DNA of 64,000 nt from an uncultured Desulfobacter sp. (lineage in GTDB: Bacteria; Desulfobacterota; Desulfobacteria; Desulfobacterales; Desulfobacteraceae): NCBI GenBank assembly GCA_963665095.1, contig OY762069.1, positions 5,856,001 through 5,920,000 of the forward strand. Direction: 5' to 3'. Each line of letters begins with the position of its first letter. Positions within the stretch are counted from its first letter, which is position 1. The notes beneath the pieces are model-generated. The model did not search any database and was not told the DNA's origin. It saw only the letters and a list, made by a program, of their open reading frames with translations. The position numbers were made by a program, and so were the translations under genes. Positions 20,190-30,322 of this stretch are shown here, in pieces.

Positions 20190-20360
20190 TACGTTCTTCC
20201 AGGATGTTAATAAGGATTTCATGTAAAATGTGGCTGCCGTCCGCCTCAAGAAATCCCATGTATTCGTGCCAACCTTGCCGGCCCAGGCAGGGATGTCCTT
20301 CCGGGTTCCCGAATCATTGGACAAAATTTCCAGAACCTGACTCACCTGGACCTTGCCGAT
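20190..20360 (-). pseudogene. TusA-family sulfur carrier fragment
   Basis: QVLEILSNDSGTRKDIPAWAGKVG; frameshifted and lacking the CPxP N-terminus. Confidence 0.7.
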
Positions 20361-20378
20361 GCCTTTATATTTGAGATT

Positions 20379-21719
20379 TCAGTCATTGTGCCCGAAATTC
20401 AGTATATTTCGGCCTGGGGCATTGTCCGCCTTCAGCCGGATGGTAAATTTAGCCCCGCCATGCAAGGATTTTGAAACTATAACATCCCCACCATGCCATT
20501 CCACGACTCTTTTGACAATGGCCAGGCCCATGCCATACCCCCCGGTGTCCCGGCTGCGGCTGGAATCCAGGCGGACAAAGGCGTCAAAGATTCGCTTGTA
20601 ATCGGATTTTGGAATGCCCGGTCCATCATCCTCCACATGGATCATGCAAACGCAGCCTGTTCTTTCAAACCTGATGTCCACCCGGGTTGCAGCGTATTTT
20701 ACTGCATTCTGGACAAGATTACTTAAGGCCCGGGACATATAGCGGGGTTCGGCCAATATCTTATATTCCTGATCCGGTTCCGGCACATGGCATTGGATTT
20801 GGATCTGGGCAGATGTCTTCCCTGTTTTCCGGGAAATATCTTCCATCCAGGGACCCACAGGCAGCTCAACCAGTTCCAGGCATGGTGTTTCCCGCTCAAA
20901 CCGCGCATAAATCAATAATTCGGACACCAATGTATCCAGTTCGTCAATATCCTTTTGAATTTCCAGGATATTTTGATTTCTTTCCTCTTCATCGTTGGCA
21001 GTCTCCAGCATTTCCATGCTGAACCGGATTCTTGAAATGGGCGTACGTAATTCATGGGAAACCGCGCTGGTAAGCTCTTTGTGGGATGCGATCAACTGCT
21101 GAATTCTTTGGGCCATATCATTAAAGGATCTGGCCAGGGGAAACAGTGCGGAGCGTTCGGATATTTCGGCCCGGGCACTGAAGTCTGCTTTACCGAACCT
21201 TTCAGCCGCCACACTGATACGCCGCAGCTTGAGCCAGAACGGCATAGACCAGAGCAGTGCCATTATAGCGAAATTGGCAGCCACCATGCCCCAGAACAAA
21301 ACTTCCACCCGCATGGGGGTTACAAATTCAGGGAAAGGCCCCATGGTAATCACCTGGTCGCTGGAACCGATACGCCGGTAATACAACTCCCCGTCTTTTT
21401 TGACAACCGTACCGCCCTGATTCAAAATATCCCGCTCTTTTTCCTTTAAAGCCAGGGAGTCCATGGGGTCAATTGACAATTGGTAACCAAACTGGGGCTG
21501 CCGGCGTTTTATATAATCGGTCCACTGGGCCCGGGGCAGAACTTCAATGTCCTCAAGCAGCATATTATAAATACCCTGGACAAGTGATCCGTAATACTCA
21601 TCAATCTCCCGGTCAAAAAATTCGTCCACTAACCGGAAGGTCAGCGGAGCAACCACAAACTGCCAGGTAACCACACTTGCCATGGTAAACAAAAAAAAAG
21701 ATAAAAAAATCCGTTTCAT
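20379..21719 (-). CDS. Sensor histidine kinase (RstB/ParS-like), second paralog
   Basis: AVSHELRTPI, NLVQNA, EDDGPG, GYGMGLAIV; clearly similar to 15979..17280. Confidence 0.95.
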   Translation of the reverse strand: MKRIFLSFFLFTMASVVTWQFVVAPLTFRLVDEFFDREIDEYYGSLVQGIYNMLLEDIEVLPRAQWTDYIKRRQPQFGYQLSIDPMDSLALKEKERDILNQGGTVVKKDGELYYRRIGSSDQVITMGPFPEFVTPMRVEVLFWGMVAANFAIMALLWSMPFWLKLRRISVAAERFGKADFSARAEISERSALFPLARSFNDMAQRIQQLIASHKELTSAVSHELRTPISRIRFSMEMLETANDEEERNQNILEIQKDIDELDTLVSELLIYARFERETPCLELVELPVGPWMEDISRKTGKTSAQIQIQCHVPEPDQEYKILAEPRYMSRALSNLVQNAVKYAATRVDIRFERTGCVCMIHVEDDGPGIPKSDYKRIFDAFVRLDSSRSRDTGGYGMGLAIVKRVVEWHGGDVIVSKSLHGGAKFTIRLKADNAPGRNILNFGHND

Positions 21720-21720
21720 T

Positions 21721-22446
21721 TCAATCCCAGGCATCCGGGACAAAAAGGTAACCTTTGCCCCAGATCGTTTTAATACGCATTGGCTTTTCAGGGTCATCGC
21801 TTAGCTTTTTACGCAGCCTTGAGACAGCCAGGTCAACGCTGCGGTCCAGGCCGTCATAATCAATGCCTTTGAATTTCTGGTAGATGGTATCCCTGTCAAG
21901 GATCTGCCCACTGTTTTGAGCCAGAAGCCAGAGCAGGTCAAATTCGCTGGTGGTCAATTCCACAGTCCTTCCTTCTAATTTAACCGTACGGGAGGACTGG
22001 ACAATGGTAAGGGTATTAAAAGTCAATTCCTCCGGGACTGCTGCTGCGGATCGTTCAACAGTCCTGGCCGGTTTTTCCCCAAGCCGTCGCATCAAGGCCC
22101 TGACGCGTGCCAGCAACACCCGGGGTTCAACTGGCTTTTTAACATAATCATCCGCCCCCATCTCAAGGCCGGCCACCTGGTCCATGTCATCCTCCCGGGC
22201 CGTGAGCATTAAAATGGGCCCCTGGTACCGGGACCGGACACTGCGGCACACTTCGAGACCATCCATGCCCGGCAGCATTAAATCCAGGATCACAAGATCC
22301 GGCACTTCTTTGATGATACGGTCAGGGGCTGTGTCTCCCCGCCTTTCAATAAGGACATCGAAACCATTACGACACAAATACTTGGCAACCAGATCCCCTA
22401 GGCGGTGGTCGTCTTCTACCAGCAAAATGGTTGTTTTTTCATCCAT
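21721..22446 (-). CDS. OmpR-family response regulator (RstA/ParR-like), second paralog
   Basis: Shares PILMLTAREDDMDQV.GLE.GADDYVKKPVEPRVLLAR and IKTIWGKGYLFV with 17277..18005. Confidence 0.95.
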   Translation of the reverse strand: MDEKTTILLVEDDHRLGDLVAKYLCRNGFDVLIERRGDTAPDRIIKEVPDLVILDLMLPGMDGLEVCRSVRSRYQGPILMLTAREDDMDQVAGLEMGADDYVKKPVEPRVLLARVRALMRRLGEKPARTVERSAAAVPEELTFNTLTIVQSSRTVKLEGRTVELTTSEFDLLWLLAQNSGQILDRDTIYQKFKGIDYDGLDRSVDLAVSRLRKKLSDDPEKPMRIKTIWGKGYLFVPDAWD

Positions 22447-22580
22447 GGGCTTCCCCGATACGTCAAATGACAGGTTACGCTTTACCGTACATTGTATTCT
22501 CACATGTATAAACGCCTTTTTTCAATACGTCTGTCTGATTTGTGTATGTAATTGTACCATTTTGTAGGGCCGGACCAGAG

Positions 22581-22662
22581 CTGAGATACAATTGGATACA
22601 ATCAGGTACACAAAGACAACAGACCCCGGCTGAAAAACCCCTTACTATCCGCCCATTGATTT
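22581..22662 (+). promoter_or_regulatory. Promoter with three TACA repeats at 10-bp spacing (RstA-box-like)
   Basis: TACA at 22587, 22597 and 22607, followed by ACAGACCCC..TTACTATCCG.CCATTGATTT; homologous to 37321..37404. Confidence 0.7.
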
Positions 22663-22687
22663 GAAAACCCCAGAAAGGAGAAAAACA

Positions 22688-23671
22688 ATGGGATCATTAA
22701 AAGGCGGGTCAATTTTTCTGATTATAATGCTGATTCCGGTGCTGGCCCTGGCCGGATCAAGCCAGGAAACCAATAAACACCAGGAAAACGATGAAAACGG
22801 ATTTTTCGGCAGCATTCTTATCGGCGGCGGCGTTGCAACGGGAAAACCCAGTGGATTAGAGGTGGTGGATGACAACAAAAAAATCAGCACACTGGATGAA
22901 AGGTCTGACCGGCAGAACCGGGACCTTCTTTTAATTATGGGAGAGCTGGGCTATGAATTTGCTTCCACAGGCACCAGGATTTCACTGAGCAACCAGAAAA
23001 GTGAAAAATCTTTTGTCGACCTGGTTGTGGCGCAGCCCCTGGAGGATATAGGCACTGTGCGTGCTTCCTTTGGGTTCGGAAAGGAAGATGTATGGGCAGA
23101 TCCCTATGTCACGGGCGTGGACCGCCGGGAAGCGGATGAAGAATCATACAACCTGAAGCTGGAATGGGAAGAGATCCTGGGGTCTGGTTTTTTTGCCGCC
23201 CTGAAGCTGAGTAGCATAGAGGTGGACCATGATCTGATTGGTGAGCGGTACCAGGAGCTGAAACGGGACGGACAGATAGTGGCGGCAGAGATAGGGTATG
23301 TTTTTCCTGTCGGGGAAAACCAGATGATTATTCCCGGTTTTGACATTGAAGTTCAGGACCGGGACGGTGAAAGCAATTCATGTAAAAAGGCCGGGGTCTC
23401 TTTGTCCCATATTATTGAATTTGACAGGTGGCACTTTTTAACCAGCCTTGGCGTGGGCAAAAGGGATTTTGACAAGACCCACCCGATTTTCCATAAAACC
23501 CGGAAGCAGACCCAATATGAATTGAGCCATTTTGTTACCTATTCCCGGCCCTTTAACTGGAAGGGTTGTTTCCTTCAAGGCCTTGTGGCCTATAGCAGGG
23601 CTGATGCCAATATTGATTTTTTCAAAAAGGATGAACTGACCATCGGTGCAGGCATGGGTTACGAATTCTGA
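22688..23671 (+). CDS. Outer-membrane beta-barrel protein (DUF2860-like)
   Basis: Signal peptide, beta-strand pattern, WADPYVTG, C-terminal GMGYEF. Confidence 0.75.
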   Translation: MGSLKGGSIFLIIMLIPVLALAGSSQETNKHQENDENGFFGSILIGGGVATGKPSGLEVVDDNKKISTLDERSDRQNRDLLLIMGELGYEFASTGTRISLSNQKSEKSFVDLVVAQPLEDIGTVRASFGFGKEDVWADPYVTGVDRREADEESYNLKLEWEEILGSGFFAALKLSSIEVDHDLIGERYQELKRDGQIVAAEIGYVFPVGENQMIIPGFDIEVQDRDGESNSCKKAGVSLSHIIEFDRWHFLTSLGVGKRDFDKTHPIFHKTRKQTQYELSHFVTYSRPFNWKGCFLQGLVAYSRADANIDFFKKDELTIGAGMGYEF

Positions 23672-24000
23672 TCTGCGACAACTGCTTTGTGCCTGCGCCA
23701 AAACGGCTTTTGAGGATATGAGCGTCTCGCATCACCCAGGATAGACAACATTTTGAACAATGAAGGCCTAAGCGTCAGCACCGGTTTAGCAGGCGTTGCT
23801 CAAAAACAGGTGTACTGGTAGTCAGGGAGAATTCCGCCTGCGTGTCCTGTTTTGCCATGACCACCTTTTCCTAGGAGGATGGAATTCGGGTGACAGAATA
23901 CCATTTCTTTTTTAATAAAAATTTGAATTGGCAGGAGCTGGCTCCCCTGGGATACACGTAATATTGCTCGCCGGTTTGATGATTTCAAAAGAGTGGACGT

Positions 24001-24062
24001 ACAGGGATAATCTGGAGAGCAACTGCTTGAAAAACGGAGTTTATCAGACAAGTAGTCCTCGC
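24001..24062 (+). repeat. Cassette-boundary repeat, copy A (degenerate)
   Basis: ACAGGGATAATC..TTGAAAAACGG..AAGTAGTCCTCGC. Confidence 0.55.
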
Positions 24063-24266
24063 CTTAAAAGTCTCGGTTTGGCTGCCGAATTTTTCATATA
24101 AACTCACTTAAAAACGCAAATGATTTAAAACGTATGCTGTTCTGATGGCGGCTTAGCGTGTACAATTAATTAGAATAACGCTTTTAATAATAAGTATAAT
24201 CCGGGAGGGGTACCTTATTTAAATGTAAGCGGTTAAGCAAGATGCCCCCGGAATATTATAAAAAAT

Positions 24267-25322
24267 ATGGGAGACAGATTAATGGCCGGGAACACACCGC
24301 AAGAAACGACACTATCCAAAGGGCAGTTCCTGGTCTATCAGGATGAAGACGGTCGGCTTAAGTTAGATGTCCGGCTTGAGGATGAATCTGTATGGTTAAC
24401 CCAGCAGCTAATGGCAGATCTGTTTCAAAGTTCAAAGCAGAACATCAGCCATCATATTAATTCAATATATGAAGAAGGTGAACTGGCACCAGAGGCAACT
24501 GTCAAAAAATGTTTGACAGTTCGCAGGGAAGGCAACCGGGATGTAAAACGCCTGCTGGATTATTATAATCTAGATATGATCATATCCGTTGGTTATCGGG
24601 TGAAAAGCCGCGTGGCCACCCGTTTCCGTATCTGGGCAACGGAACGGCTCAAGGAATATATTATCAAAGGGTTTACCTTGGACGATGAGCGTTTGAAAAA
24701 TCCGGATCTTCCCTTTGATTACTTTGAGGAACTGGAACGACGGATTCAGGATATACGGACATCCGAGCGCCGCTTCTATCAAAAAATTACCGATATTTAT
24801 GCTACAAGCATAGATTACGATCCCACCATGGATATCAGTATTACATTTTTCAAAACGGTTCAAAATAAGATGCACTGGGCCATCACCGGTCAGACAGCCG
24901 CTGAGATCATCCTTTCCCGTGCTGATGCGGATAAACCCAATATGGGGCTGACCAATTACCGAGGGGCAAAGGTCCGCAAGCAGGACGTTGCCATTGCCAA
25001 AAATTACCTCAATGAGGACGAGTTGGCAGCTTTGAATAACCTGGTTGAACAATACCTTATTTTTGCACAGGGCCAGGCCATGCGCCGTATTCCCATGTAT
25101 ATGAAGGACTGGATTAAAAAGCTGGATGGTTTTCTCTCGATCAATGATCGGGATATTCTGAACCATGCGGGGAAAATTTTCCATGAAGCGGCAAAGCAGA
25201 CGGCTGAAAATGAGTATAAAAAGTTTCATGCCCGGCGTTTGCTCTATTCAAAAAATGAACTGAGCGACTTCGATAAGGCGGTAAAACAAATAGAAAACTC
25301 AAAGAAAATAAAAGACAGATAA
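24267..25322 (+). CDS. RhuM-family protein
   Basis: VWLTQQLMADLF, YNLDMIISVGYRV, ATRFRIWAT, IRTSERRFYQKITDIYA, IAKNYL. Confidence 0.9.
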   Translation: MGDRLMAGNTPQETTLSKGQFLVYQDEDGRLKLDVRLEDESVWLTQQLMADLFQSSKQNISHHINSIYEEGELAPEATVKKCLTVRREGNRDVKRLLDYYNLDMIISVGYRVKSRVATRFRIWATERLKEYIIKGFTLDDERLKNPDLPFDYFEELERRIQDIRTSERRFYQKITDIYATSIDYDPTMDISITFFKTVQNKMHWAITGQTAAEIILSRADADKPNMGLTNYRGAKVRKQDVAIAKNYLNEDELAALNNLVEQYLIFAQGQAMRRIPMYMKDWIKKLDGFLSINDRDILNHAGKIFHEAAKQTAENEYKKFHARRLLYSKNELSDFDKAVKQIENSKKIKDR

Positions 25323-25444
25323 TGACAACCTCATCATTTTTGATGTTTGAATACTCCTGAATTACAGGGAGAGTCTTGGGGCTTTCACCCGTCTGCAAGT
25401 CGAACCTTGTTTTGGAGATAGTCCGCACCCCATACAAACAGGCT

Positions 25445-26488
25445 TCAATCTATCCCTTCAATTTTGCCTTGCTTTAGTTGTTTTATCACCTTATCAAAAT
25501 CGCTTTCAAACAGACGATCCTGAACAATACGGTATTTTTCAAATTCGCTTTCGGCATGGGCTCTGGCCATCCTGGCCGTTGCCTTTCCTGGATCCTGCAA
25601 AATTTCCCGATCGTCGAATGCCAGAAACATATCCAGCCGCTTTGCCCAGTCTTCCATGGTCATGGGAATTTGCCGCCTGGCCCGTTCTTCGGCCAGATCC
25701 AGATATGCATTGACAATGCGCCCCAAGGATGCCAGTTCCTCTTTGTTCAAATAGTTTTTTGCGACCCTCACGTCTGTTTTTACAATCTTGCCGTCCGGGG
25801 CCTTTTCCCATGTTGACAGCCCCATATTGGTTTTCGCACTGTCGGCCCGCTGCATAATCAGCTCGGCAGCTGTATGGCCGTGGATGGCAAAATGCAGTTT
25901 GTTCTGCACCCTGGCAAAAAAAGATTGGGTTGTGGGCGCGTCTTTGTTGTAATCAATGCTGGTGGCGTAAATGTCGGTAATTTTTTGGTAAAAACGGCGC
26001 TCACTGAGCCGGATCTCCCGAATTTCCGCAAGCAGGTGTTCAAAATAGTCCTCACCCAGAAATGAGCCGTTTTCCATGCGCTTTTTGTCCAGCACATACC
26101 CCTTTACGGCAAACTCACGCAGTACCTGGGTGGCCCACTGGCGGAACTGTGTCGCCCGAATGGAGTTGACCCGGTATCCCACCGAAATAATGGCATCAAG
26201 ATTGTAATGTTTGGTAAGATAGGATTTACCGTCTGCCGCAGTTATTCGGAATTTCCGAATAACTGAATCCGGATCCAGTTCACCGGAATCAAAGATGTTT
26301 TTTAAATGTTCGTTAATGGTTGGAATGGAGACACTGAACAATTCCGAGATCAGTTTCTGGGTCAGCCAGACCGTCTGTTCTTCATACCGGGCCTCAATGC
26401 TGTTTTCACCAGCCTGCCCGGTAAAGATCAGGAACTCGGCCGTACTGTTGCGTATTAACTGTTTTGTTTTGTCCTTATCCTGTTTCAT
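25445..26488 (-). CDS. RhuM-family protein, second paralog (convergent)
   Basis: VWLTQ, YNLDAIISVGYRV, IRLSERRFYQKITDIYA, VAKNYL. Confidence 0.9.
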   Translation of the reverse strand: MKQDKDKTKQLIRNSTAEFLIFTGQAGENSIEARYEEQTVWLTQKLISELFSVSIPTINEHLKNIFDSGELDPDSVIRKFRITAADGKSYLTKHYNLDAIISVGYRVNSIRATQFRQWATQVLREFAVKGYVLDKKRMENGSFLGEDYFEHLLAEIREIRLSERRFYQKITDIYATSIDYNKDAPTTQSFFARVQNKLHFAIHGHTAAELIMQRADSAKTNMGLSTWEKAPDGKIVKTDVRVAKNYLNKEELASLGRIVNAYLDLAEERARRQIPMTMEDWAKRLDMFLAFDDREILQDPGKATARMARAHAESEFEKYRIVQDRLFESDFDKVIKQLKQGKIEGID

Positions 26489-26532
26489 GACAGCTCCTTG
26501 GCCGATGTTTTTTGATGTTCATCCTATATATA

Positions 26533-26817
26533 TCAATCGATATATCCATGTTCCAGAAAGCTGTAATGGCCTTTAGGACTGAAAATAATATGATCCAGAA
26601 CGGCAATGCCCAGGGTTTTGCCTGCCTCCTGGAGCTGCCGGGTCAGTTTGATATCGGCCCGGCTCGGGGTCATGTCTCCCGACGGATGGTTATGGGCCAG
26701 GATCACCGCCGAGGCCCGATCGGTTATGGGATCGGCAAACACCTCTCTTAGGTGAACCGGGGCCTGGTCCACAAGACCGATAGAGACCACAGCAAGCAAA
26801 AAATTAATCGGGGTCAT
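26533..26817 (-). pseudogene. RadC-like JAB domain, N-terminally truncated
   Basis: VHLREVF, VILAHNHPSGD, IAVLDHII; lacks the preceding Glu-bearing strand. Confidence 0.8.
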
Positions 26818-27064
26818 ACGCCTCTCCTTCCCAGTCGCTCACTGCAAAACATGTAGCTGGCCGGTTCCGATTTTTCCAAACGTAATTCCATGAAAAAAAC
26901 AAGACATAGGCACAACGGTTTTGCCAGTTAACCCCAGTTGAACTGATTATCATCATTGTTGAATAAAAAGTAAAGAAATTCAAACCGGCCTTTTTGCGTT
27001 AAACGTTGGTATCTTAAAAGCCAGACATGGTTATTGGAGAAATATCAGGCGTTGTCCGGCTTTC

Positions 27065-27142
27065 TCCAAAAGCAATGAATCACAGATAGTCTATGGCAAT
27101 TGTCTATTGAAAAACAAAACCGATCCCATAAGTAGTCCTCAC
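27065..27142 (+). repeat. Cassette-boundary repeat, copy B (degenerate)
   Basis: TCCAAAA..GAATCACAGATAGTC..TTGAAAAAC..AAGTAGTCCTCAC. Confidence 0.6.
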
Positions 27143-27177
27143 TTCAAACGCCCTATAAAAAAAAGCTCGTTCGTGCT

Positions 27178-27498
27178 TTATGCTTTAAGTCTGTAATCAA
27201 GGATATTGGGAGATCTTTGAAGTAAATCAAGAAGAACCCTTGTCGAGCCAGTTGGCTGTCTTTTTCCTTGCTCCCACTGTCGTATTGAAGACGGACTTAC
27301 ATTTAACAATTTGGCAAAAACCGTCTGACTTACGTTCAATGTTTCCCTGATTTCTTTTATTTGGTGCGTAGATAGCTGTACTTCAGGAATGGTAACACCC
27401 AGTGAGTTTAACTCTTTTTCAGTAAAAGAGGTTTTAAAGCCTGAATTCATCATATCCTGGACAGTTTCACCGATTGCTTTTTTAATTGAATCCCTCAT
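27178..27498 (-). CDS. XRE/HTH antitoxin (HigA-like)
   Basis: IKEIRETLNVSQTVFAKLLNVSPSSIRQWEQGKRQPTG; directly downstream of the toxin. Confidence 0.88.
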   Translation of the reverse strand: MRDSIKKAIGETVQDMMNSGFKTSFTEKELNSLGVTIPEVQLSTHQIKEIRETLNVSQTVFAKLLNVSPSSIRQWEQGKRQPTGSTRVLLDLLQRSPNILDYRLKA

Positions 27499-27499
27499 G

Positions 27500-27868
27500 T
27501 TATTCCTCCAAGTCAAACAAAACGTTTTCTGCTATTAATTTTTCAATTTGACGGGCATCCATTGTCATCAAATCAGAGCCCAGCTTTTTGAAATAGTGTA
27601 ATTCTGCCTTGTCTATATTGGTTCTTTCATTTTTGCCAAATCCATACAGAAATATAGTTTTGTCCTCTTTTTTATATGCAATTATTGTCCTGAATCCTGA
27701 ACTTTTCCCTTGTCCTTCCCTGTTTACACGCACGTTAAACAGGTTGCTGCCTAAATTTGCCGCAGAGAGCCCTTTCTCTAAATTCCCAACAGCTTCAATG
27801 AGATGATGATTTTCCAAACTCATCTTCTTTGCCCATTTCTTAAACCATTTTGTGCATAATTTTTTCAT
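27500..27868 (-). CDS. RelE/ParE-family toxin (HigB-like, toxin-first order)
   Basis: TKWFKKWAKK, GQGKSSGFRTI, FLYGFGKNERTNI. Confidence 0.85.
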   Translation of the reverse strand: MKKLCTKWFKKWAKKMSLENHHLIEAVGNLEKGLSAANLGSNLFNVRVNREGQGKSSGFRTIIAYKKEDKTIFLYGFGKNERTNIDKAELHYFKKLGSDLMTMDARQIEKLIAENVLFDLEE

Positions 27869-27984
27869 AAACAACTATAACTCTTTGTGATACACTTTTC
27901 AAGTATTTGTACACACCTTGTTGTGAAATTATGGTGGGACTAAGTGGACAGGTCCGAATATGATACAACGACAGCTCTATACTG

Positions 27985-28048
27985 ACAGGGAAAGTCGATG
28001 GTCGTCTTCCATTTGAAAAAGGGTCCTTTGTTTGGAGGTAGTCTTCAC
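27985..28048 (+). repeat. Cassette-boundary repeat, copy C
   Basis: ACAGGGAAAGTC..GTCTTCCATTTGAAAAAGGG..TTGTTTGGAGGTAGTCTTCAC. Confidence 0.8.
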
Positions 28049-29512
28049 ACCAAAATAATTCGGTTTGACCTTTCCGGCGCTCGTATCTCAAAAAGCAGCC
28101 GGGTTAATCGGCCGCAGGGGAGACCCGGTCTCGACCCAGGTTCTTGCTTTTATACAAAGCTCGGTCGGCCCGCTCCACCAGTTCGGCCGCTGTCGAACCG
28201 GAATCATTTGACTTGCGGCAGGCCACGCCTAAGCTCATGCTGACCCGTCCAAGTTCGTTGGCCGGATGTTCCAAAGAGGCGGAGGTGATAGCCTGTCTGA
28301 CCCGCTCAGCCTGGCTGATGGCTTGGTCCAGGTCGGCATCGGGCAGCACTATGACAAACTCCTCACCTCCATAGCGGGCCACAAAATCGGTCGCCCGCTG
28401 GCAGGCCTCGCGAATCAATTTGGCCACCTCGACCAGACAAGCGTCGCCCGCCTGGTGGCCGAGCTGATCGTTGTACAACTTGAAGTGGTCGATATCGCAC
28501 ATGATCACGCTGATGGGTTTGCCACTCCTGTTGGCGCTTTGGAATTCCCGTTCCAGAACGTTGTCGAAATAGCGGCGGTTGGGCAATCCGGTGAGCCCAT
28601 CGTGCCGTGAAAGGGATTCCAGCTCCCGGTTGGCCCGGGCAAGTTCGGCGGTGCGCTTGGAAACCTGGTCTTCCAAACGCTCCCTTTCAGTCTCGTTCCT
28701 GAGCAATAATTCTTCCTGATAGGCGCTCTTTTGCTCCTGCAACAGCTTGATGCGGTAGGCCAGGGCCTGCGAGAAGACAATCATTTCCAGCAGGGAGCCG
28801 CCCAGAAAGGAATAGCGGGTAAAGAGATTGTAGGGCAACAGTCCCTGGTTCAGGGTCGACAAAATTGACACCCCGACAAAATACCAGATGGTTCCCATGA
28901 GGTAGTACTTTCCCATCTCAAAGCGCCGGTACGTGGCATGGATGGCCAGGAACAATTGTAGCAGCATCAATGGCATGGCCAAGATCACCAGGAACTTGTA
29001 GTAGGTGGTATCCAGAAAGACCATAATCGACAACAGTGCCATCAAACCGGCCAGACTCAGCAAAACCCTGTCCAATCGTGGCAAACGCTGGGCCGTCTTC
29101 AGGATTTCCCTGGTGAAAAGCAGCAAAGAGCTCTGAGCCAAGGTCGTGAAACCGCCGAAACGGTTGAAATCCTCTGCCGAAATACCAGCCAGCACGGCCA
29201 GGCCGCTGTAGCTTGTCACTGTTGAGTCGCATTTTATCCTGACTTAAATTTTCTAATTATTTTGAACAGATTAAATCTTTTCCATATTATTTAAGACAGC
29301 TACAGAAGTCGCTGCGCTCCTTCTCAGTAGGTTTTTAAGGCATAGGCAGAACAGCTTGAATAAAGCAGAAAGGGGAAGCAGGTAATCCCCACTTCCCCTG
29401 GCGCATTATTCAATGCTGCCTGCTTCCGGCTATCCCTTACCAGGTTGCTCCTCAGCAGAGCCCGGCTCCGTTTCACCGAAATCGTAATATTCTGCTCTAT
29501 GGCTGTTTTTTC

Positions 29513-30322
29513 TTAAAAAATTTCCGATGAAGCAATGCGGACATGCTCTGCAGATACCGTCATTGATTTTTCTGCCGCAGCAGCAATCAATGAGCCTCTG
29601 GCAAGATTATTCGCCTTTCGTAAAAGGCCGCCGGAGCCTTGATGAATCGCAGTCACCGCCTGGTCAGAAAAAAAGTTGGTGTCAACACCGCATAGTTTTA
29701 AATGATGGATCAGGTAAGTTTTCATTCCAGCCACATCCAGACCATCCAGATGGCTTTTAGCCACAATCCTGGATGCAAACGGGATTGACGTCCGGTACTG
29801 AAGCTTATCTATCAATGTCGGCTGACCTGCAAGGATCACAGGCAGCCAGGGCATGGCGTCTTTTTCAAATTGAACCAGGGTGTGAAGTTCGGCAAAGACT
29901 TCCATGCGAAGCAGAGATGCCTCATCTATAATCAAAACGGTTTTGATCTTTTTTCCCAGGACGAATTCACGTATTTCATTTTTAATAATGGAGATCATAA
30001 CAGCGCGGGACGTCGATGTCCGCTCTATGCCCAGTTCTTCAACAATCTGCCGGTAAAGTTCCATGATGGAACCGCTTGAGGCCGTAACATAAAAGACTTT
30101 GTATTCCGAAGGGTGTAGGGATGAGGCGGCATACCTTAAGGCGGTGGACTTTCCGCTGCCCACATCCCCTGTGATAACCGCACTGCAGCCAAGTCTTAAG
30201 GAATAATCAATCCGATTTTTAACGCCCGAGACCTCCGGGGTGACCAGGATATCATTGATTTCTATCTGCGCCGGGAAGGCCTCCCTATATAAGCCAAAAA
30301 AGGTACGATACATTTCACTCAT
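29513..30322 (-). CDS. ExeA-like AAA+ ATPase (transposition helper)
   Basis: GDVGSGKST, LIIDEA, ILAGQP; overlaps the transposase stop. Confidence 0.9.
   Translation of the reverse strand: MSEMYRTFFGLYREAFPAQIEINDILVTPEVSGVKNRIDYSLRLGCSAVITGDVGSGKSTALRYAASSLHPSEYKVFYVTASSGSIMELYRQIVEELGIERTSTSRAVMISIIKNEIREFVLGKKIKTVLIIDEASLLRMEVFAELHTLVQFEKDAMPWLPVILAGQPTLIDKLQYRTSIPFASRIVAKSHLDGLDVAGMKTYLIHHLKLCGVDTNFFSDQAVTAIHQGSGGLLRKANNLARGSLIAAAAEKSMTVSAEHVRIASSEIF

Noticed and set aside
29513..30322. Type II secretion ExeA
   Set aside because: It lies inside TSD-bounded transposon ends and overlaps the transposase; there are no T2SS genes.
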